The notes under the pieces are model-generated. The model saw only the letters and a program-made list of their open reading frames with translations, had not been told where the DNA came from and searched no databases. DNA of 63,461 bases, filler included, from Asterionella formosa (Eukaryota), in NCBI GenBank assembly GCA_002256025.1. It is 19 parts of 19 records of this genome, joined end to end, with 100 filler letters (N's around TTAATTAATTAA, not from the genome) between each part and the next. Parts side by side here need not be neighbours in the genome. Positions count along the whole stretch, not along the records: positions 1 to 20,252 come from NKIB01003415.1; 18 more parts are not named here. One strand, given 5' to 3'. The first letter of the stretch is position 1. Each line of letters starts with the position of its first letter. The position numbers and the translations under genes are program-made. Shown here one piece after another: positions 1 through 14,000 of the stretch.

Positions 1-283
1 TTTCGAGAGCCTCGCGACGTGCGTTCAGCGACGCAACGAGGCTCAAGTCGAAATGTTCTGGTGAAATGTCGTCGTTTTCTTGCTGTTGCCGTTGTTGCTG
101 CTGATAGATTCTTGTTGTGGAAGCAGAATCCGAATAAGTGAATAAAGTATGAATTCTCGATGCAGTTTGACTGTGATATTTATTTTGATGCAGCGATGTT
201 GGCGGAATGTTAAATCCAGATATGATGGCCATAAAGGGGACAATGAGCAGGAAAAGAAAGGAAAACATCAAGGTCGTTACCAT
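1..283 (-). CDS. 5' part of a probable plastid-targeted protein (runs off the contig edge; not in the ORF track)
   Basis: Hand translation from ATG 283 gives MVTTLMFSFLFLLIVPFMAIISG-FNIPPTSLHQNKYHSQTASRIHTLFTYSDSASTTRIYQQQQRQQQENDDISPEHFDLSLVASLNARREALE with no stop. It has a hydrophobic signal peptide, a cleavage site followed by F (ASAFAP-like) and an S/T-rich transit-like segment. Divergent from ETFDH. Confidence 0.65.
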   Translation of the reverse strand, partial: MVTTLMFSFLFLLIVPFMAIISGFNIPPTSLHQNKYHSQTASRIHTLFTYSDSASTTRIYQQQQRQQQENDDISPEHFDLSLVASLNARREALE

Positions 284-677
284 CGTCTCTCCGGATCAGG
301 AGGGCGCTCGAAAAATACACACACACTATGGTAGACAAGGCAGAGTTGTATATTTCTGAGAATTCAACTTCTTCCAAAGCGACGACTAACATAGAGTATA
401 CGTCATTTTTTAGAAGTTCGTAGGCTTCGGAACAATTTTTATCGTATTACCGGTAAATTCTGAATTGTGAGCAGCTGCGGATGAGTCACAAATGATTGAT
501 TCCGGCAAAGACACCCAAAGTATCTGTTTGCGATATATTTAGTGACACCATCATGATGACGACGCTGTGCCTGCTTTGGCGTGTACTGTGGTGAAAAATA
601 TTGATGTTTACTTTCTTCGGCTACAACATCGTGTTTTCATTCACTCGTCACAAAACTAATGGCAAACAAAAACCATC

Positions 678-2558
678 ATGATGATGCTTTCTACTGGCCG
701 CCTATTGCGGCGAACATTGACACGATGCAAACTGGCAAGAACACTCTCAGGAGTTACCGACGAACCTCGCGAAAGCATGCCCTTTGACGTTTTGATTGTC
801 GGTGGCGGACCTGCCGGATTGGCGGCGTCGATTCGTCTCAAGCAGCTCTCCATTGAACACGGAAAGGACTTGTCGGTATGCTTGATTGAAAAGGGAAGGT
901 ATGAAGGCCAATAAAGAGGAAGATGCTCTTGTACGCATGCTCTATTGACCGCGACTAACATTGCCTTCACGCTTTCGTCTGGCCATTGTAGTGAAATTGG
1001 TGCACACATCTTGTCGGGCAATGTTTTTGATCCAAAAGCCATGAACGAACTGTTCCCTGCAGGTGACTGGGTCGAACGTTTTGAAAACGAACAAGGCTCC
1101 ATCGCCACACCTGTTACGACAGACGAATTTTCAGTCTTGACTGCAACCTCAAGCTATGCTGTTCCCAATCTGCTCCTTCCCCCGCAACTCGACAACCACG
1201 GCAATTACATTGTATCTTTGGGGCAAATTTGTCGTTGGCTCGGTCAACAAGCCGAATCATTGGGCGTTGAGATCTATCCTGGCTTTGCCGCCTCGGAACT
1301 TCTCTATCGAGAAGATGGATCTGTCAAGGGCGTTGCCACTCGAGACGTCGGACTGGACAAACACGGCATACCGAAAGCCACATTTGAACGTGGCGTTGAA
1401 TTGGTGGCTCGCCAAACGTTTTTGGCAGAAGGTGCAAGGGGTTCGTGCTCGGAAGAACTCATCAAAAAATTCCACTTAAGAGATGGCAAGGCGCCGCAGA
1501 CGTATGCCCTGGGCATTAAGGAGGTGTGGGAGATTCCTGAAGAACATCACAAACCTGGTTTTGTCCAACATACGACAGGCTTTCCTTTGCAATCTTCAAT
1601 CACAGACAAAGTGTTTGGTGGATCCTTTTTATACCATCAAGCTCCCAACTTGATCTTAGTTGGCCTTGTGGTTGGCTTAGACTATGCTAATCCATACTTG
1701 AATCCCTATCAAGAATTTCAAAAGTGGAAGACTCATCCAGCCATCAAAACACATTTTGAAGGTGGAACATGCATTAGTTATGGAGCTCGTGTATTGAATG
1801 AGGGTGGTTACCATTCGATCCCAAAATTAACAGCACCGGGAGCTGCCTTGATTGGTTGCAGTGCTGGATTCCTCAATGCTATTAAAATCAAGGGTAGTCA
1901 CGCCGCCATCAAGTCGGGTATGCTGGCCGCGGAAGCAGCATTTGAAGCGTTGAAAGATGGAGCTGCCGTAGCGGAGACAACGGAATTGGACGAGTCGTTA
2001 CCATCTGTGGAACTAACATGTTACGAAGATTCCGTGAATAAGTCTTGGATCAAGGAGGAACTATTCGAAGTCCGTAATTGCCATGAGGCATTTTTCCGAT
2101 GGGGCGTCGCTGGTGGTCTCATCTATACAGGCTTGACGACGCACATTACCAAGGGCCGCGAACCATGGACTCTGAAGCACACCATTAGGGACGCCGATAC
2201 GACTGGGAAAGCGGCCGATTTCGTGCCTATTTCGTATCCCAGTGCCGATGGAGTTCTGACCTTCGATTTATTAACTAATCTGCAACGGTCTGGTACTTAT
2301 CATGCCGACGATCAGCCGAGTCACCTTCGCATTAAGAGCGAATACAAGGATATTCCCAAAAGCGTATCGCTGCACACTTACGGAGCTCCGGAATCGAGGT
2401 TTTGCCCAGCAGGTGTGTACGAATACGTGGATGAAAAATTGGTGATTAATTCTCAAAATTGCATTCATTGCAAGTGTTGCAGTATCAAGATGCCAAGCGA
2501 ATATATACATTGGACGGTCCCTGAAGGTGGTGGAGGTCCTCAATATCAAGTCATGTAG
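678..2558 (+). CDS. ETFDH: Electron transfer flavoprotein-ubiquinone oxidoreductase, mitochondrial; join(678..898,992..2558)
   Basis: Arg-rich mitochondrial presequence and FAD motif [14 protein letters not shown]. Removing the 93-nt GT..AG intron 899-991 (branch-like GACTAAC near 952) restores [13 protein letters not shown]. Also [18 protein letters not shown] and C-terminal 4Fe-4S ligands FCPAGVYE and CIHCKCC. Confidence 0.97.
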
Positions 2559-5500
2559 TACGATGTGAAGACTTGTCGTGTTGACGATGTTTTTCGAAGA
2601 AGCAACAAATGATTTTAATTTGTGTATCGTGGGTTTTCTGGCGTTTGGGGCAGCTAATTGAGCAATCCTAATGGCGATCCTATTCTTCCTTGTCGCTGTT
2701 GAGTTTGAAAGGTGGACTTAACTACACGGAACTTACCTTTTTTGAAAATAATATTTTCGTCTACTCTACGCTGGAAGCCGTAATTCCTGCATTTTTTAGT
2801 TGACCGGACATAAAGGCAAGATGAGAGTTACGATAATCTCCACTTTCCAGTATGCATATATATATCGGTACTCTCATAGGTTCTCTCCTTGTAGTAGCAA
2901 TTGCTTTATACTGCTGTTTGCTAGGTTCACTGCTAGCTATCTGTATTGAACCTACTCCACCGAAGCTCTTATTTTACATATATGATCTGAACTAAATCTA
3001 GGTGGCTCTCTCAGAATTTCCCCTTTCGATTCTCCAGAACTTTTTTGCCCGCGTTCTCATAAACCATCTCTGTGGTTGGGGAAACCGTTGATAGTGCTGC
3101 ATATTAAGGGGCCAGGATACATTTTGACGTTTTGGACTGTCCATTGGCTGATTGGACAACAATCCAGTCAACAATCCTCGTGATTAGTGAAAGCCAAAAG
3201 GATGGGGTGGGGGTGGCTAATACTGAGGATGGCAACTCCTTTGTATGCTGTATGCATGGCTAGTAGGCGAACAATTTTCTACATTTGTTGGTGAGACGAA
3301 AGACTACCAGGTACCGTAAAGCAAATGAGGACATATGTATGGCTGGATGCATCATGAAACTACATTGGGTAGCCATCGTACATAGCTGCAAGAACAAAAT
3401 AATTCTAGCTACCAATACAACATAAATTTAGCTTAAGTAAAATGTTGTATGTAAATAACATACATATCATATAAATTTTATGTACACATGCATCCGCGAT
3501 CTCGTTGTTGTCATCATTGCATTCATTCATGACGAACATGAAATCGATGTCCTTTGCGCAGCGATGGGCGTGTAATCATTGTTGTATCTTCATTGCAACT
3601 AGCTACTATATGACCTTGTTTGAGACATTCCTGTACAGTTTCAACTCCAGCTTGCCCCCACTATCAAACTCAAGAGTGTGAAACTATTGGTCATGTAGGC
3701 GTGGATCTGTGTGCCCAACATAAAATAGTTCATATATAAACCAAATTGTGTCGTCCCGTGCCGCTTCCTGCTGTGTTTACTAGTAGTGCTACTCATGGCG
3801 GAAAGAAGGCTATTGAAGCGGCCGGCGTGGGAGGATGTTCTATTGTAAGCAATGGAATAATAACAACATGGTGGATGTGATTAGCTATACCATGCCAATC
3901 CAGGCGCAAAATATTATACACCATAGGTTTAGGGCTTATGCTGATACTAGGCCTACAGGGTCTACCCGATGGCCCCAAAATTTGCATCCAACCTAAGTGC
4001 AGACAAGCACACTCCTAAGTAAAAGCTGTCAATTAGCCCTGCATCACATCTAAGTCCTGCAAGGAAGCAGCTTGTGAGGTTGAAGGACTAGCCATATAGC
4101 AGGAAAGCTTTTTACAAATACGGTTTCGGCTCAGTTTATTTACCTCATCATTTTTTTGAGGATTCAATTCGAATTGGCCATGTGAAGGTTTCTATGCCGT
4201 TCAGGCCAATTTTTTACAACCCCCCCCCCACCACAGCTCCTTTCATCAAGTAATTCCTGTGAACATATTAAAAATATAGGTAATTGGTACATGAATGATA
4301 ATACTGTATCCATTTTCCATAAACACCACATCATCAGATCCTTGTTCGAGAATGTGGCATATCAAGAATATAGTATCAATGGCTGTAATTAGTCACAACG
4401 ACTGGGGACTCAACTATTGTCCAATCATATGCAACCTTTTGTGCTTCAAATGTTTGTTGATAAAAAGGTCAATTGAAAGTCACTGTAAAAAGAATCCTAA
4501 CCAGTCCTGTGTTTTCTTAACTAAATTAAAATTGTCTTCATGATGCCAATCGACTGAAACAAAATGAGGGGTTAATCGCTATCATTTTGATTTTCAACTT
4601 CTTCATCTCTTGGCAAATCTTGGCAGCATTCCAGACTTAAGCTTTCTTATGTACTTAATGTTTGGGGCAAAGCATCCCTTCATGATAATACTAGCTAGAT
4701 ACCAGGTACTAGCTATGGCAGTGTCAACCAGCTGTTGGAAGTCAAGGTGTTGGTCAATATCCAAGCTAAAGTTTGGAAAAAATAGGGGAATAGGTATTCA
4801 TAGAAAAAACCATCTGAAAATCGCCCAGAAAAGGAAGACTATAATGCCATTGTAGATGTGAGGCCTTGCTCTGGCTATCAACCTGTTTGCGGCAACAACG
4901 CGTCACTCAATATATTGAACAACAAACCCAGGTTGATCGACATGATCTGTGATAATCTACTAACAAGAACAATAGTAATATAGTGATGTTGATTCCCCAT
5001 TTTCTTATTGTTACTACAACACTACAGGTAAAGCGTTGAAAGCGCTGTATAAAGCAATCCAAAGATAGCTAGCTATGTAAATATATTTGTGAAAGGTTGC
5101 ATTGATACAGTGTTGGATATTGGAAGAAAAAAGGTACAAAAAAGGGACTGGCAGTAATTTTGAAGTGAGGGATGTCATGAGATGAAATGTTTTAACCACA
5201 CTTTCAATCTCAACCCCTTTGTTTGTTAAGCAAAGGTGCATGTTTATAGGATGCTGTTAGCTGCCTTGAAAGAGTAGGGAAAACAAAATATACAAACAAC
5301 GCTGCATCTCAAACCTGCATCTCAAACACGATTCAACTGCTGCGGGTCAAGACTTCCTTTATGCTCCCGCTGCAAGGCATACCAGGTTGTATGCACAGAC
5401 GGACCTGGTCAGAACAGTACGAACTACCGGTACCTTGCAAGTTGCGGTAATTTTTCTGAAACTAAAGATTTAGCTATCTTTATCGCAGATTAAAATGTTA

Positions 5501-6962
5501 GTTTCAGCAAAATGAACGCAACTTGCTTGGTACCAGTGTTGTATTTGAGTCCTCCGGGTCATTCTTGATCCGGGGTATTCGGAATACAAATACTGTAGTA
5601 AGTCACACTTTGTCACATAGCTACGATACCAGGTACCCTTTTTTACCAAATTCAACGAGCACATTATTCGACGTAGTATGAGCACTAAAAGTTCCATGCT
5701 ATGCATGTCTGACCACATTTCTTACGCAGTTAATGATGACTGAGGCGGGACAAGCGAATCATGATTCGTACCAGGAGTACAAATGGTGAAGACGGATTTA
5801 TTGCTCAGTACTTAGGATTTGTTTACAGTTAGTTACCATTACTTATACAGGTATGTGTGAACGGGTATTTTTAAAAGATGCTCTTGCAACTACCGGTGCT
5901 GCATGTAAAAATTGATGTTTCCTTGGACCACAATTGCAAAACGGGCTTTACTCTAATAACGAGCATCGCCCGCCAATGTTGCTTGACTCACGAAAGCAGT
6001 CGTATGTGCAATTGGTATTGTTCTCACTGGTCGATGCCTTGTCGGCGATCGCCGTGCAATGGCGCGGCTTGCTTGTTTGGCTGAGGGCGCCAAGCACCTA
6101 GGTACGACGGTGCAGCTGCTGGCTACACGAAATATTCGCCTACCGTAGTCTACTTTACCGATAGTAATCTAGTTTACATTATCATGAATTATGCAGATAG
6201 TCCAATATGTTCCGTGTGTGTTGGTCAGATATACCGGTATAGGTTGTGCTGCCTAAATGAATTACAGGTATGATGCATGGGCGGAGGGAGGAGAACAAAA
6301 ACGTTGTGAGGTTCACTCAACGACGAATCGGTGCTGTAGACTACTGGGACCAGGTACTCAGTACCAGGTACCAGGGTACCGGGAATGCTTTTTACTGCTT
6401 GCTGGCTTGCTGGTACAAGGGTACCAGTACACTATGGCCCATTAAAGGAACCTTGTACCTACCAGGGTAGCAGGTACCGTGGTACCTGGTACCTGGTTGT
6501 CCTGTATTCCAGGTAACAGGTACCTGGTCCCTGGTAATACTACCAACATAAAGCGACCCCTACATACCTTACCAGTAACTTAAGACTTTTCCACCTGGCT
6601 TCATGACCTCCACATGATCAATCACCTACCGGGACCCAATGGAAGATCATTTTCCTCATGTATCAATACATTTTTAAATATTTCCAAGGTTTTTCTGCGC
6701 GCGCAAGCATTTCTCAATCCCATTAGAAAATTCATTTTACAAAGTTTAACCGCTTATTAACCATTGCATCTACCTGGATTTTTTTGCTAGCCGGACTGAG
6801 TTGTGTGTGTTGTGTGGTCGTGTCATGCTGGTGTTCGTAAAGCTTGATTGAGATCAAATCAATTTTCATTTTTAGAAATTGAAAGGGAGAAGGAGGAATT
6901 GTTACAGGAATTGTCTCAGCTTCTGATAGGTTCAAGTTTTGGCCCCACATTGTTTAGAAGTA

Positions 6963-8048
6963 ATGCCCGAAACAATGAAAATGGCGCACGCAGCTCCTGG
7001 AGATATCAGTTATGAATTGAGTAGTATCAAAGAACGTTTCGCAGAGAGCTTCAGCGTTGGGTCAACAGTGTCTGGCGATTCCTTCATTAATTTACACGCT
7101 TCGAGCGACGAAGACGATGTCAAGTCCTATGATCCCTACCTAGATGGAGGGAATCGACGAACGATGACGAGTCAACAAGACAATGAGAGGAGCTCGACCC
7201 CTACCAGATTGCCCAGCACTGCCGTTCATTTCGACTTTTCTGATTCGTGTTCGTCATCCATTGATCAGCCTAAGGATACCATTGACCTTTCCATGGTTCA
7301 TATCGAAGTACCCAAACAATCGCAGACACAACACGTATCAACCGTTGCTGATCGATCCAGAATTTCGTCCGAACTCCTTAAGGCGCAGCACGAACGCAAC
7401 TATTGGAACATGATTGTTTCGAACAGAATTCACAGTCACTCTGCCATTCATCCATCCACAGCCCAAGCACTCATGCAACTTGGACACTCCCATTCTCGTT
7501 GCAACGAGCCGAATGAAGCTCTGAAGGTTTTTAAATCTGCCGTTCGCATCTTTCGAAAGTTATATGGCGAAAACGACTTGTGTGTGGCGTCGGCACTCAA
7601 CAAGTTTGGCCTGGTTGCATGTCGCTTTCCTGAAAATAAAGAGTATCTGATACTTTCTATGAAGGCCTTGAAACAAGCCTTTGCTATTCGATACGCCACT
7701 TTGGGTCCACACCACATTGACACTGTGGATTCGCTCAATAACATTGCCGGAGTATATTTGCAAGTCCAGAATTATGAATCGGCGCGCAAGGCATATTATG
7801 AAGTGTGGATGGTGAGAAAAGAGCTACTGGGAAAGTATCATCCATCGGTTGGCGTTGCCTCACAATCCTTGGCAAATGTGCACTTGAAAATGTCCCAGAC
7901 TTCCCATGCTTCGACATTTTTTCGCATTGCTCATGACATTTTTCGACGGAATCATTTGGCACCTGAGAATCCAACTATGATTCGATTGCAGGCAGATATG
8001 ATTCGATTGGAAAGGATAATGACACACAACACCAAGGTGGAGCTGTGA
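6963..8048 (+). CDS. TPR-repeat protein (kinesin-light-chain-like TPRs) with disordered Ser/Asp-rich N-terminus
   Basis: Approximately 42-aa repeats such as HPSTAQALMQLG, LGPHHIDTVDSLNNIAGVY and LGKYHPSVGVASQSLANVH. First ATG is 6963 (the track starts at an upstream TTG). Confidence 0.85.
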   Translation: MPETMKMAHAAPGDISYELSSIKERFAESFSVGSTVSGDSFINLHASSDEDDVKSYDPYLDGGNRRTMTSQQDNERSSTPTRLPSTAVHFDFSDSCSSSIDQPKDTIDLSMVHIEVPKQSQTQHVSTVADRSRISSELLKAQHERNYWNMIVSNRIHSHSAIHPSTAQALMQLGHSHSRCNEPNEALKVFKSAVRIFRKLYGENDLCVASALNKFGLVACRFPENKEYLILSMKALKQAFAIRYATLGPHHIDTVDSLNNIAGVYLQVQNYESARKAYYEVWMVRKELLGKYHPSVGVASQSLANVHLKMSQTSHASTFFRIAHDIFRRNHLAPENPTMIRLQADMIRLERIMTHNTKVEL

Positions 8049-8980
8049 GCTCTGGAGGCGCTCGCTCAAATATGATGATGTAATGGTTCTATTGATGTCT
8101 ATTTTTTTATGTTGTTAAGAAACTGTTGGAATCTTGCTTTATGAGTAAGGTTGACATTTATTGTTTATATTACCTAGTTTTTCTTGATCTACCAGTACTC
8201 TGCCAATATGATAAAGAAAAAAAGGTTTGCGTCATACAAGCTGCTTGAACTTCCTAGGCAAAAACTCCAAATGCCTTGGTTGAGTTGGTTGGGGACTCAG
8301 ATAGTGTGCAAAGTAGTGAAGGGCAGCACACAATCAACATTTGCCTATCAATAGAAACCAATGGGCTGTAAATAGGCTATCATTGTTTGTTAACATTAGC
8401 TATAGTTATTGCTGCTCACTGCAATCACAAGAACTTAAGTTTTCAGTACTTTATCATGTGAGCATAAAAACTGGTGACCGGGCATAAACCAATCCCAATG
8501 TATAAAGCAATGATAGATTTTACTTAGGCGGCAAAACTCTAGGCCCTTTTCATTGTCAATGATCATGAGCAAAATAATCTCAATACTGACTGCCTAACAG
8601 CAGACATGACAACATGAAAAGAGATGCTGTTCTATTGGCAAATGAATCTCGATTATTTGGAAAGAGTCAGGATAGAAGATGAGGAAATTCTCCAATGATT
8701 CATATTCATGAATTTTGGTACTTTTGCTGTTGTTTTGGTACTTTCAGGAAATGATCATGATGGACAACCACATGTGCTGGCAAGTTGCAGTCATTTTGCT
8801 GAAATTGAAAATGTGATGCAGAACAGGCGTTGATGTACATAGAAAACGTCATTAATTCAATTTTTTAAAATCTTCTGTGCCATGATAACCACTTAGTTAC
8901 GTAGGTTTTATGCTAGTTTTTCTTCAAAATAGGGTCACGTAAAAATGCAAGAATGACCGGGGCAATAGAGGGGTGGCACG

Positions 8981-9042
8981 AAGCAAAAGTATGCAAGAGT
9001 AAGCAATAGTAAGCAAAAGTAAACAAGTTGCTTACTTTGCTT
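8981..9042. repeat. Degenerate 10-bp tandem (AAGCAAAAGT) followed by an inverted copy
   Basis: aagcaaaagt atgcaagagt aagcaatagt aagcaaaagt aaacaag, then ttgcttactttgctt (inverted). Confidence 0.6.
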
Positions 9043-10291
9043 TATTCTCTCCAAACTCAAACTCATTCTCCTTTTCCGGTTGCAGTGATGAAAACAACCT
9101 ATATTAATTAATTAATGGTTTCAAAGTCGTTGAGATTGGAAATTCGTATCTGCCAGCATTGTCATACCAATGTTTTCAATGTCGTTGGGATTGGAAATTT
9201 GAACTGGCATCATCATCATACAAATGACCCGATATAACTATCATAACCTATGTATGTACAGTACATACACATGGTATGTATACTATTCACTGGTGCACTA
9301 TATACTAAATCAACTGTCAAATAATGCATGAAAATAATACATAATACATAGTATACCAGTACTTGCTGGTAAGCAAACAATTTTAAAATCTCATCACCAT
9401 CACGCTTCCATCACTCCCATGTAAAAATGCATCCTTTCTGCAGCATCGATATAAGCAATCAAATCTAAGCTGATAAATAAGTTGTTTCACATCTTTTGCT
9501 ATAATTAATCATGTTTTTGTTTAGTTGTCTTTGTAGTCATTGTACAGCTACTGTGAAAGTGTCAAATCTGCTGATAGAATTGTCGCTTTGAACTGTGAAT
9601 CTATAAATTTCATTAATAAATGCGCTTTCGGCTATTTCAATTTTCGTTGTCAATATTAGAGTTATTACAACTATTCTTTTATGATTGTATTTTCTATATT
9701 GTGCTCAATATATGTACCCAATAGCAAAGCGTCTTTCTCATTTGTATGAAGGTATTTGTTAATTTTGTCATGGTCAATAGTTAGCAAAATATATGAAACA
9801 AGCGCTGAACATATAATGACGAAAGCATATTGCTGCCGGACAGAGAAATCAAGTTACCCATTGTTTACTTCTACTAATGTGTTCTCAATAAATTTATTAC
9901 CTGCCCTGTTGGAAATACATCCTGCTGTTAGCAGTATGCTTTCTGTCGTAAATCCAAATAAATTACATACCGGTATATCAAAAATAGAAAAGAATCGAAT
10001 AATCTAAGCTAAATAATTACACACAAGCACTTGCGAGTGCTACCTCGGGTACCTGCTACCTGGTACCAGGTAGTACATGGTATGGTACCTGGTACTACCA
10101 GATATCTGTGGGAAACTGCTGTGACCCACTAAAAAAATGAGTGACCCACTGTCTGTGTGTGAACAGGAGAAAAACACGGCTTTGACCCCACCAAATGCCG
10201 ATGTGTTGATTTTAAACTACGACCCGAATCCTGAGCATGTTCCATTAGATACCAAGTATAAGGTTATGGCATTTGGTTTGTCCTAAAATAT

Positions 10292-10413
10292 TTCCTCGAT
10301 GGAACGTCAAGGTATAACAACCATTAGTTTTTGAGGGGAATTTTCTTGCACGTTAAAAGGTTCCTCGATGGAACGTCAACGTATAACAACCATTAGTTTT
10401 TGCGGGGAATTTT
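10292..10413. repeat. 53-bp direct repeat, two copies, period 69 bp
   Basis: ttcctcgatggaacgtcaa(g/c)gtataacaaccattagtttttg(a/c)ggggaatttt at 10292 and 10361. Confidence 0.85.
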
Positions 10414-11036
10414 AAAACGTGTATCAAAAATTCACTGCCATCATGTCTGCAAGCACGTTTTCCGTATGTCCCGGTGCATACCGTCGGGACGCTGTAGCTA
10501 ACAACCGGTACTTACTACGGTATCTACGGTATGTATGATGGGGTCTACCGGGGGGCAGTCGTATGATTGTGTTCAGTCGACTACGGTACCGGTACGATAC
10601 CTGGTACCAGGTACCGGTTCTACGTACTACGTACTGTATATCTACGTGCGTATGAACAAATTCCTAATAGCAACCCTAGCCCCAACCCTGTACAAATTGC
10701 TACTTACTAGTATATGTACCGACGAATAATACATGCGTACCCAATAGGCGCATTCGATCTGTATTCTTTGTACCTGGTACCTGGTACCCTGGTAGGTACC
10801 GGGGTACCGGTACTCGGAGTATTCTATACCGGTACCTGGTACCTCCTGGCAGGCCGACATAAAATCTGTTGGGCGACCTTTTTCACTTGCTTCGTCACCC
10901 CATCCTCTTCGTTTCCCACGGAGTTCGAGTTTTTCAACGAGGCTTGCTTTTGAGAGGTCACAACGTCCCTCCCTTTTCACTTCAACATTGCCTAGCCTTT
11001 AATGCACCAGAGCGAACTGACGCGAATCGAAACCAA

Positions 11037-14000
11037 ATGGGCTGTAGTCAAAGCACAGAGGCGGTTGTGCCTCAAGCACATAAAGCCGTAACAAAGGAAG
11101 CAGCCATTGCCACAACGAAGGTGCCGCTAAAGAGTGGTGAGTCTTGTATTCGGTTATACGTGCTTGAATAACCAGTAATGCTCAATACCCATGACCTCAG
11201 AGTTGCGAGTTTTTTAACCCCTTGCTGATGAGGTGTTTAATCACGAGAAGGCCCCTCGTGTCATTCTGTTCTTGCAACATTCTCGGCTCGTGGTGTTACT
11301 CTTTTGCCTGCCAATACCATTAACCGGTACTCATCCTTCTCGCTTAATTCATAGTTCCCGAGCCATCTAAATCAAATGGTTACACTCCTGGTTATTCCTC
11401 CGGAGGCTCGTCGCTGGACGGGTCTGTTAATTCAAATCGGGACAGGACGAATTCCGTCAATAATACGAAAACACTTTGTCACTCTGGAAGCGTCCTTGGA
11501 CTTGATTCGATGATTGAAGCCAGAAGAGAAGAAGGAGCCTTATCCAGCAACGTCGTCCATATCGAGGTGGGTTTGTAACGAACCCAAAACAATGCGGGTT
11601 TGACTATAAGCGTGAACTGATCATGTCGTTTTTGTCGTTACTTAGGTTCCATTTGGAAAGCCTATTGAAGAAGTCTACGATGGCATTCACAGTGGTCCGG
11701 TGCTTGGATCCGGTATTTCTGGATTGGTCCGTTTGGTGACGCACAAGGCAACTGGGGTAAAGTACGCTGTCAAGTGTCTTGACCTGGGTCTTGTTGAAAC
11801 TGAAGAAGGGCTTCAGCAACTTCGCGAAGAGATTTTTATCATGTGCCAACTTGACCACCCGAACATTGTTCGTTTGGAAGAAGTTTATGAAAGTCATTCC
11901 GAGATTTACCTCGTGCAAGAGTTGTGCGTAGGAGGTGAACTCTTTGATCGGTTGGATGAACAACCCGATTACCATTATACCGAGGCTGAGTGTGCACGTC
12001 TTGTGAAACAGATGCTTTGCGCTGTAAGATACTTGCACTCGAAGGGAATCATTCATCGTGACATGAAATTGGAAAACTTTCTTTTCTCGTCAACTGCTCC
12101 TGACTCTGAGCTGAAAATGATTGATTTCGGTTTAAGTAAGCATTTCACGTTCGGGGAAGTCCAGACCCAAGCCGTTGGAACCCCTTACACAGTTGCCCCT
12201 GAAGTCATTCGGGGAAGCTACGACGAGAGATGCGACATCTGGGCCGTTGGAGTTATCTCATTCTTGCTTTTGAGCGGAGATCCTCCATTTGGCGGATGTG
12301 GAGGTCCTGAACCCCTTCTCCAAGTGCGCTCAAACATTCTCAAGGGTTCTTACAGGTTCGAACCACTTGAGATTTGGGGGCGTGTCAGCACTCAAGCAAA
12401 AGAATTTATCATGAGCCTCCTTGTAATCGAGCCGTCCAAACGCCCTACTGCTCGTCAAGCACAGAAACATAAATGGCTCAAGGAATGGGCAAGTCGAGGA
12501 GCAAGGGCAGAGGATAAAATGCTGAGCCCAGACGTTGTCAAGGCACTCGTAAACTTCAAAGAATTTTCTGACATGCGCAAGCTATTGTGTGAAGTCTTGA
12601 GTTTTACATTGCTTCCTGATCAGATCAAAGATCTTCGAAAGGAATTTGAAAAGATGGACACCGACGGATCCGGTGAAATCTCGCTACGTGCTCTGAAAGA
12701 AGTCTTGCTGTCAAACGCTCATGCAGGTTCGCTTGGAGCCTTGACCGAGGAGGAGGTTGAAGATATTTTCAATGCTATGCGTGTGAGAAAGAGCGAGACT
12801 CGTATCCATTGGCACGAGTTTATTGCTGCCGGTCTTTCGCAGTGTCAAGTCGACGAGAGAAATCTTCGTCTGGCGTTTGACCGTCTCGACAGCGACCACA
12901 AGGGTTATATTACCTTTGAAAATGTCATGGATCTCTTTGGGAACGATGCCTTCCAAAGCGAAGATGCCATGCGCAAAATGTGGGGCGATAGTATGCAAGC
13001 ATGTAACAGCAGCCATGCCCGCATCTGTTATGACGACTTTTTGTTGTTAATGAAAGGTCAGACAAAAGAACTCGAGCAACTGCCTATCGTTTCTCAACGT
13101 AAATTGTCCATGGTCCAGGAAGACGATGCGCAGCACGTTGAGTCAGTTCGCGAAGGGTCAAGCACCTTCGAAAGTGACACAGAGGTGACCAGCACCAAAA
13201 TTGTTGCTGAGGGTTCAACAGTGACTTCTGGGGCGGGCATTCAAGCGACCGCTTCTCCTCGTCTGACGCCTTTGACGCCCCCTCTCGGCCCCGATGCCTA
13301 TTTTGATGAACCTCTTTCATGGGACGATGAAGACGATTTAGGAGATATGCCAAAGTTCCCACCGACTGGAATTGGCTCGCTCACTCCACCAGCATCTCCT
13401 GTGCGTGGTCCAACTGATTATATCACGCCGAGCACAGGACGCTTCCTTTCCCCTAATGTGCCTTCACTTGATTCCCTCGAGTCTCTCCCAGAAATGCCAC
13501 TCCAAGAAATGTATACAAGACGACGATCAAGATCTGTTGACGATCATGATATAGAACCAACGAAAGAAGACAACGGCGTAGTCGACGTAAGACGAGTTGC
13601 AGAGTTCGATTCTGATACCCGTCGTGCCATGATGTTGCCTGAACATGAACATGAAGCTAATATGGAGAAGTTGATTAATGATGAAACAAAGACTCCACTA
13701 GTGGTAAACAGGAAACTCTATCGAGCGCATCGCCAGATGCGCATGGCTGTCATTGAGGCAACAAAGCGATTCGAGGAAGAGCAAACTCGCCGCGCTCGTG
13801 AAATCTTGGAGAAACATGAAGGAAACAGTTCTCAGCCTGTTGGTGCTGGACTTGTAATGCGCCACGGACTGAAGAAACAGGTATCATCACAAGCTGTTCG
13901 TGATTGGCTCCTGAAGAGCCAGGAGGAACAATCAAAGCAGCTCGACATTGCCACCAAGCGCGGCGGACGTGGAAAAAGTCGGAGAAAGAAAACAATTTCG

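Noticed and set aside
2560..6300. Hidden gene or RNA gene in the long intergenic stretch (also 8100-10000 and 20353-21600)
   Set aside because: Only short ORFs and AT-rich decayed sequence; no tRNA, rRNA or domain motif that I could support.
6349..6540. GGTACC arrays as cloning-linker (KpnI/AgeI) contamination or telomeric repeats
   Set aside because: They are degenerate, internal to contigs, in mixed orientation and positioned relative to genes, unlike adapters or strand-uniform telomere tracts.
10535..10980. Short ORFs rich in VPGT/YQVP/TRYQ peptides (also near 6257, 40623, 53362)
   Set aside because: They are translations of the GGTACC arrays, which are poor in stop codons; no evidence of protein function.
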